The notes beneath the pieces are model-generated. The model was not told the DNA's origin. It did not search any database and worked only from the letters and a program-made list of their open reading frames with translations. Position numbers and translations under genes: made by a program. Shown one piece after another: positions 33,910 to 40,704 of a stretch of 40,704 nt of DNA (position 1 is the stretch's first letter; every line of letters begins with the position of its first letter). This stretch comes from Macrostomum lignano. Taxonomy: Eukaryota. The stretch lies in NCBI GenBank assembly GCA_002269645.1, contig NIVC01001919.1, positions 1 to 40,704 on the forward strand, read 5' to 3'.

Positions 33910-35016
33910 CAGTGTTGGGCAAAGTTCCGGCACTTCCGGCACTTTTAGTACCGGAAGTTACTTTTTTTTAAAGCGGCACTTTTTTCCGGTTCTTTTTTTA
34001 GAATGCCGGACTTCGGTAACGGAAGTTACTTTTTGATAAGTCCGGTCATCCGGTACTTAAACATGAAATTTTAGGTGCCAAACAGTCAATTTAGCACTAA
34101 ATAACAACTCCTTCGCAAGCTTTCTAACAAGCATAACTAGCAGTACACCAGGGTCCAGGACGCTACACTCGTGATTCGTGGAACATCTTTTGAAGGCCGA
34201 TTTCTTCATTTCGATGTTCGTGCAGGACGACACGAGTGATGCATTCTAAGAAGGTTTTGAGTTTTAACTCTTTTGAGGCTAATTTTCATTTTCTAATTGC
34301 AGCGCAGACACTATCATCAATTTATTTTGAAGTCTTGCGCATTGGTCCATCTATCAAATTCCAGCCATAATTTGTTGTCCGGTATCTTTTTGTTAACTGT
34401 TAACTGGCATTTCTAAGACTCCCAGAATATTATTATTGATTCTAAATGAGTCAGCACTACAAAAGTATAATTACAGTACTGTAAAAGTACAATACTATAC
34501 AAGCACAATACTATATATAAGTAGGGCGACAAGAGAATGGCCCACACAAACTGAGTCACCTGAAGTATTCTACACTGATCATTGTGACGCATATATTGGA
34601 CAAAAATTATCTCCATACATTTTTCTCAAGAGTCAGCATCAATATTTGAAAATCAGCCTCCAAATTTTTTATGCAAATCGTCCTGGTGTACAGTTAATTT
34701 TTGTTTTGCAAAGGTGTTATTTATTCACTCAAATATTAATAACAAAAAACATTATGTACGAGCTAGCATCTTTATTTGAGAAATAACATCATGTTGAACT
34801 CCAGACCAACACATGTTTTTGTTTTTTCACGAAGACATGTTTAAGTACTTTTTAATTGGCAGTTCTTTAAAATTAGAAAAGACCGGTAACGGAAGTACCG
34901 GAAGTTACTTTTCTTTAAAAGTACCGGTACCGGAACAAGTGCCGGAAGTTACTTTCCTTGGAACCGGAAGTGACTTAACCGGAAGTTACTTTTTCAGAGT
35001 AACTTGCCCAACACTG
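33910..35016. mobile_element. Non-autonomous hAT-type element with the same CAGTGTTGGGCA ends as 1254-2355
   Basis: TIR CAGTGTTGGGCAA...TTGCCCAACACTG; direct repeat GCTTTTG (7 bp) at 33903-33909 and 35017-35023; subterminal CCGGAAGT(TAC) arrays. Confidence 0.85.
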
Positions 35017-35038
35017 GCTTTTGTCGTGCTATGTGTAA

Positions 35039-36345
35039 CAGCGGGCATGCAAAACGGAACGGCCCATAGAATTCTATAGCCAAGTGCTTGAATTGACTCG
35101 GGTAAAGCAAGCCATAGACAACTCGATTTGTCATGCATATCGGAACGATGAGCCGGAATAGAAGAAACGGTTTGAGTTTTATTTACAGAAACAATAAAAA
35201 CAGACATTAATGAAGCACATTTTAAGTCACAAATTGAAACCATCAAATATAAAAAGGTCAACACTTCGTTAGCGTATTCGCTTCTGGCGTCGAGGCTTTC
35301 GACTCGGTTGGTGTTTTGGCGCACATCCGTCCCCTTGGTAGGAAGTTTGATCGTAAAGAGCAAACCATCCATTGCTCGATCAATTGTTTTAAGGCTCACG
35401 TGCGGCTTTCCTGACAGGAAAGCTTCCAACCAGCTTCTCAGCCATTGAATTTAGCGTTAGAAAGGGATTTAGCTGCACCTCTTGTTGCAAAAAATTGCAT
35501 CTCTGCGTCCATTTTGCAGCTTTCTTCCTTGCGTCCTCCACGAGGCAAAGCTTCCAATCTGCTGGCTTGTTCGAATGTTGACCGAATGCGGTGAACAGAA
35601 GTTTCGGATAGTCCTAACAAAACTGAAACATCCGTCATCGACAGTCCACGGTGCAAGGCGGCTATGATACGCTGTCGATCGCGTACAGAAATTTGCGGTG
35701 CCATTTATACGACCGTAACTTAGCTCCACGAATCGTTAGAAAACAAAAGCGTCTTGCCTCTGTGAAAAGCTCAAATCGTTCCTTCTATTTTGGCTCACCG
35801 TTCCTTCTATTTTGGCTCACCGTTCCTTCTATTTTGGCTCATCGTTCCTTCTATTTTGGCTCACCGTTCCTTCTATTTTGGCTCACCGTTCCTTCTATTT
35901 TGGCTCACCGTTCCTTCTATTTTGGCTCACCGTTCCTTCTATTTTGGCTCACCGTTCCTTCTATTTTGGCTCACCGTTCCTTCTATTTTGGCTCACCGTT
36001 CCTTCTATTTTGGCTCACCGTTCCTTCTATTTTGGCTCACCGTTCCTTCTATTTTGGCTCACCGTTCCTTCTATTTTGGCTCACCGTTCCTTCTATTTTG
36101 GCTCACCGTTCCTTCTATTTTGGCTCACCGTTCCTTCTATTTTGGCTCACCGTTCCTTCTATTTTGGCTCACCGTTCTTTCTATTTTGGCTCACCGTTCC
36201 TTCTATTTTGGCTCACCGTTCCTTCTATTTTGGCTCATCGTTCCATATGGCATGACAAATTAAGTTGTCTATGGCTTGCTGTCTCGAGTTGATTCAAGTG
36301 CTGGGCCATAGAACCCTATTGGCCGTTCCGTTTTGATGTCCCCAG
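35039..36345 (-). mobile_element. Tc1/IS630-like element with about 130-bp TIRs and N-terminal transposase fragment
   Basis: 35039-about 35170 is an imperfect inverted repeat of about 36215-36345. Internal HTH ORF 35438-35704 (RQRIIAALHRGLSMTDVSVLLGLSETSVHRIRSTF...PRGGRK) is followed by SLKTIDRAMDGLLFTIK...LDARSEYA; the DDE domain is absent. Confidence 0.75.
35777..36244. repeat. 22-bp tandem array, about 21 copies, inside the Tc1/IS630-like element
   Basis: Unit CCGTTCCTTCTATTTTGGCTCA. Confidence 0.98.
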
Positions 36346-36346
36346 G

Positions 36347-37161
36347 GGCCCGTGCTATAGATTTAAGAGCAAAGAGTAAGGAGTTAGGAGTCAGGAGTGC
36401 TCCTAGCAAGGAGCGAATCGATTTTGTGTGCTATAGAGTTCAAGAATCAAGAGTTAGGAGCTAGGAGTTGTTTTAAGGAGTGCAGCATAGGAGTGAGGAG
36501 GAGTTCTAAGGAGTGTAAGGCGATTGGCTAAGGAGTCTGCCAATCTGCGTGCTATATTAAACTCCTAAATGTACGCACCTTAAGGAGTAACTATAGGAGC
36601 AATTCGTGAATTCAAACAATGCAAGCAAACCAAAAAGTTGCGTTTGTTAAAGTGATGAAGCGTAGAAAACACTACTTTTTGAGACTCCATGTGCATCTCC
36701 AATCGTTCTATAGTCTGCTCCTTTGGCCAAAAAACGAATCGAAAGCCTCACTTGCTGCTCGGCACTTAAAGCATAGTTACAACGTGTTCGGTGTTCAATT
36801 CGATTTCGAATTCGATTCGTCAGGCTAGCGAGTTGATTCTCATTGAGCCGAAATCGTGACACAGTATTATATTCTTCAAAAAAGTTAATCCTCTGCTTAA
36901 ATTGTCTGGGTCGTCGTCGATCATTAGCTCCCTCATCGTCCGAGCCTAGCTCACTGTCCGAAAACATGAAAAAGAAACGAATCACACGATCCTACTATAA
37001 CCTAAGAGTGAAATTTGGCCCTTTGAAGTCTTAACTAGGAGTTAGGAGCTAGAAATGAGTTTCGCTCCTTCTATAGGACACGCACTCCTAAAACTCACTC
37101 CTAAACGGCAATTCCTAGCTCCTAGCTCCTACGCTCCGCTCCTTATTCTATAGCACGCGAC
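36347..37161 (-). mobile_element. Internally deleted PIF/Harbinger element with HARBI1-like transposase N-terminus
   Basis: Inverted ends CGTGCTATAG (36351-36360)/CTATAGCACG (37148-37157); AGGAG/CTCCT subterminal arrays; ORF 36647-36985 with RFRL...ALSAEQQVRLSIRFLAKGADYRTIGDAHGVSKSSV. Confidence 0.85.
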
Positions 37162-37178
37162 AAACCTTAATGAGGTCT

Positions 37179-37393
37179 TGAAGCGGCTTGCGAGTGGAAG
37201 CTTGAAAAGCAGCAAGCGAGCAAAAGATCTTGTGTATATTTGTTTAAGCATAGTCTTTATACTTGAGAGAATAGGGAGGTGTGAGTCAGAGCGAACTGGC
37301 TGGCTGGGAAAAACTCCCCAGCAGCCAGGCGTGCAGGGGCCTGTGTGTACAGGCGGGCCCCGCTCTCAACGGCGCACCAGTCTGGCCGCCACA
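37179..37393 (-). repeat. 3' LTR (215 bp) of the Ty3/gypsy element
   Basis: On the minus strand it begins TGT just after a G-rich polypurine tract (37394-37408), ends CA, and contains TATAAA. The 5' LTR is outside the window, so LTR identity and TSD cannot be confirmed. Confidence 0.7.
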
Positions 37394-40300
37394 GAGCTCC
37401 CCCCCCCCAGCACCAAGCTATTCGGCCAAGGCCGCCGGGCTCGGACGGCACCGGCGGGGTGGCAGTGGGCGGCTGGGGAAAGCAGCAGTGCGTTGGGCCG
37501 CCGGCGGAATGTCGCCAGCTGAAGAGGCGGGGTCGGCGGCAGAGTGCGCTGGGGGCGGCTCAGCGGGCAGCCGCGGCGGGCGGCCTCTCGGTCGCAGGGC
37601 CGGCGTCGGGAACGGGTCGACCGCGTCGATGACGGCTGGCTTCAGCCTCTCCACTGACACCCGGTCGCGGCGAGTGCCCAGGTCCAGCAGGAATGCTTTG
37701 GCGTCCCGCTCGAGGACCTTGAACGGGCCGTCGTAAGGTCGCTGCAGCGGAGGGCGGTGGCCGTCGCGCCGGACGAAAACGAACTGGCAGGCGTCGAGGG
37801 CGGCCGGCCAAGCTGTGGGGCGGCTGCCGTGACGGGACGTCGGAGTCGGCCGGAATGCCTGGACGGCACCGCGGAGCCGGGCGAGGAACTGGTCATGGTC
37901 GCCGGCCGGCGGCTGGGCTGCAGGCACTCGCCAGGCACGCAGAGGGCGCACCGTAGACCAGCTCGGCCGACGATGCCGGCAGGTCCTCCTTGGGGCCGTC
38001 CGGATGCCGAGCAGCACTCAGGGTAGCTCGCTGACCCAGGCTGGTCCGGCCAGTCGCGCCATGAGGGAGGACTTCAGCTGCCGGTGGAAACGCTCGACCA
38101 GCCCGTTCGCCTGCGGATGGAAAGCCGTTGTCCGGTGGAGCTGCATTCCGAGGAGCTGTGAGACGTTGGACCACAGCTGCGACGTGAACTGCGAACAGCG
38201 GTCCGAGGCGATGTCGCTTGGCACTCCAAACCTGGCGATCCAGTGGGCGATGAAGGCGGAGGCGCATGCGGCCGCGGAGGTGTCGGTCATCAGGATCGCC
38301 TCCGGCCACCGGGTGAAACGGTCCACAATGGTCAGCAGATGCGTGAAGCCTTGTGAAGGCGGCAGCGGCCCCACCAGGTCGACGTGCACGTGGGCGAAGC
38401 GCTGGTCCGGGACGCGGATATTGCCAACCGGGGCGGCGACGTGCCGGTGCACCTTGGCCGTCTGGCAGGCGACACAGGACCGGGCCCACCGGCTAACGTC
38501 CTTGTTCATGCCGGCCCACACGAACTTGGCGGCCACGAGGCGCCGCGTGCTGCGGACGGACGGGTGGGCGAGGCCGTGGATGGCGTCGAAGACGGGGCGT
38601 CTGAAATTCGGCGGCACCAACGGGCGCGGCCGTCCGTGGAGATGTCGCAGAGCAGGGCGACACCGGGGCTGAGCTGCAGCGGCTCAAGTTGGAGGCTGCT
38701 CAGGCTGGCGTCTGCCTGACTGGCCGCATCGGCCGCCTGCGCCTGGGCCATGGACGCGAAATCCACGCCGGGGAGCAGCCGGGGCTGCACGGAAGAGACG
38801 GTGCAGCGGGACAGCGCGTCTGCGACCGAGTTGTCCTTGCCCGCCACGTGCTGGATGTCCGTGGTGAACTCGGACACGTAGGCCAGGTGGCGCTGCTGCC
38901 GGGCGGACCACGGGTCGGACATCTTGGACATGGCGGCGACCAGCGGCTTGTGGTCCGTGAAAGCGGTGAATGCGCGGCCCTCCAGGAAATAGCGAAAGTG
39001 CCGGACCGCCAGGTACAGGGCGAGCAGCTCGCGGTCGAACGCGCTGTACTTCTGCTCGGGCGGGCGCAGCTGCCGGCTGAAGAAGGCGAGCGGCTGCCAG
39101 GCGCTGCCAACCCGCTGCTCGAGCGCGGCGCGGACTGCGGTATCGGAGGCGTCGACGGTGAGGGCGATGGGCGCGTCTGGCCGCGATGTGCCAGCATGGC
39201 GGCGGAGGCCAGCGCCCGCTTCGCTCCGTCGAAAGCGGCGGTCAGCTCGGGCGTCCACCGGACGAACTTCTCCTTGCCGGCCATGGCCGCGTGGATGGGG
39301 CACAGCAGCTGGGCGGCGCGCGGCACGAAGCGGTGGTAGAAATTCACCATGCCGGCGAACTCCTCCAGGCCCTGACGGTGGCTGGCGGTGCGAATCCGGC
39401 GATGGCATCGACTTTGGCGGCAGCGGCACGGCTCCCTGGGCGCTGATCCGGTGGCCGAGGAAGTCGATCTCGCTGCGGCCGAACTCGCACTTGGCCGGTT
39501 GACGATGAGGCCGTTGTCCGCCAGGCGCTGGAAAAGCGTCCGCAGGTGCTCCAGGTGCTGCTGCGGGCTGCGGCTAGCGACAAGGAAGTCGTCGATGTAG
39601 GCGAAGACAAAGTCCAGGTCTTGGCAGACGGAGTCCACCAACCGCTGGAAGGCCGGGCAGCGTTCTTGAGACCGAATGGCATTCGCAGGAACTCGAAGAG
39701 GCCGAACGGGGTGGTCACGGCGGTCTTGGGCACGTCGGCTGCGGGCACGGGCACCTGGTGGTAGCCATGAACCAGGTCGATCTTGGAGAAGACCGAGCAG
39801 CCGGCTAGGCGCACTGGAGAAGTCCTGGATGTGCGGCACCGGGTAGCGTCGGGCACCGTGGCGTCGTTTAGCCGTCTGAAATCGCGCCGAGGGCCGCCAG
39901 CCACCGGAGGCTTTTGGGACCATATGCAACGGCGAGGACCAAGGGCTGTTGGACCGGCGAACGATGCCGAGCTGCTCCAGGAGCCGGAACTCCTCCTTGG
40001 CCACCGCCAGCTTGTCCGGCGGCAGGCGGCGAGGGCGCGCATGGACCGGCGGGCCCTGCGTCGGGATGTGGTGCTCCACCCCGTGTCGTGGCTCAGCCCG
40101 CTGGAAACTGGGCTCGGTGAGGGCGGGAACTCGGCCAACAGCTGGCTGTACGGGTCCGCAGCGGCGGCTGCGGCGAGTTGCAGTCGGGCCCCGCGCCGTC
40201 CAGCAGGTGCACGCTGGCGAGCGAGCGGGCGTCCAGGAGGCGCCGGTGCGGCAGGTCCACACAGCAGGCCGTGGTGCCGCAGGAAGTCGGCGCGATCAGC

Positions 40301-40538
40301 GGGCGGGAGACCTCGGCCAGAAGGAACGGCGCAGGAGCAGCGCCGGATGCCGAGTCCAACGTGAGCTGGCGGGTGCGAAGGTTCGGATGAGGCTGCCGTT
40401 GGCTGCGAAAGCGGCGGGCCTGGCGAGTGCAGGCGGGCGTCGGAACCAGCGACGGGGAAAATGCTACCTCGGCGCCGGTGTCGACCAGAAAAACGCCGGC
40501 CCGTCTGCACATCCGGGATGAAGCAGGCTGCTGCTGTT

Positions 40539-40583
40539 GCCGGCCGTCGAGCTATTCACTGACGGCCGGCCTGCCCGTTTCCC
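40539..40583 (-). promoter_or_regulatory. Putative -1 ribosomal frameshift signal at the gag-pol junction
   Basis: Slippery heptamer G GGA AAC (40583-40577) in the Gag frame, 6-nt spacer, then a perfect 10-bp stem GCCGGCCGTC/GACGGCCGGC with a 12-nt loop containing the gag TGA. The -1 frame stays open toward the protease. Confidence 0.7.
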
Positions 40584-40704
40584 TGGAAACTGCACGGGAG
40601 CTCACAGCGGCGGGCTTTCGCACCGAAACGACGGTGAAAGAAACACAGGCGTCGTCCGGGCGGTGCTGCTGGGGCCGTCTCTGTCTGGCGCCCTTGCTGG
40701 CCGC

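Larger units (their letters stand above)
37179..40704 (-). mobile_element. Ty3/gypsy LTR retrotransposon, CsRn1/Boudicca-like, 5' part beyond the window
   Basis: Gag CHCC motif CFFHRRFGAKARRCELPC; protease LVDTGAE; RT (SPWSSPLHMV, GLFEFLRMPFGLKNA, AYIDD); RNase H (VDASD, YSAFDRELLA); integrase HHCC plus core (HVHVDLVGPLP, ERFHRQLK) and GPY/F (RPYDGPFKV). Order PR-RT-RH-IN. Many frameshifts. Confidence 0.95.

Noticed and set aside
35651-36292. ORFs of repeating HRSFYFGSPFLLFWLTVPSILA, and similar ORFs at 27893-28380 and 7229-7608
   Set aside because: Translations of tandem arrays, open in several frames.

Overview
Eukaryotic (animal) genomic DNA with spliceosomal introns; no prokaryotic features or CRISPR. 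The mix of GC-rich poly-Ala/Gln exons, minisatellite-filled introns and long-read-type 1-nt deletions suggests a free-living flatworm such as Macrostomum (inference only). Host genes, all on the minus strand: a 7-exon ARID2/BAF200 orthologue (4147-10621, 1086 aa), a 4-exon GTP-dependent PEPCK (15102-20347, three apparent 1-nt deletions), an orphan Pro-rich ORF, an intronless alkaline phosphatase with no GPI tail, and a 2-exon secreted helical protein that may be cytokine-like. The rest is transposon-rich: hAT, PIF/Harbinger and Tc1/IS630 derivatives, a probable Crypton remnant with divergent unknown ORFs, a possible Helitron remnant, and a CsRn1-like Ty3/gypsy element with 3' LTR, CHCC Gag motif and a -1 frameshift signal. 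The most unusual observations are: (i) a 62-nt 28S rRNA fragment just upstream of the ARID2 start codon, with its changes clustered in the R2/I-PpoI target site; (ii) a hAT element containing an exact 18-nt copy of its own pre-insertion site; (iii) a 22-bp satellite derived from a transposon TIR; (iv) the candidate four-helix cytokine; (v) the Crypton with divergent ORFs. All gene models and alignments were made by eye; family calls rest on recalled motifs, not database searches.
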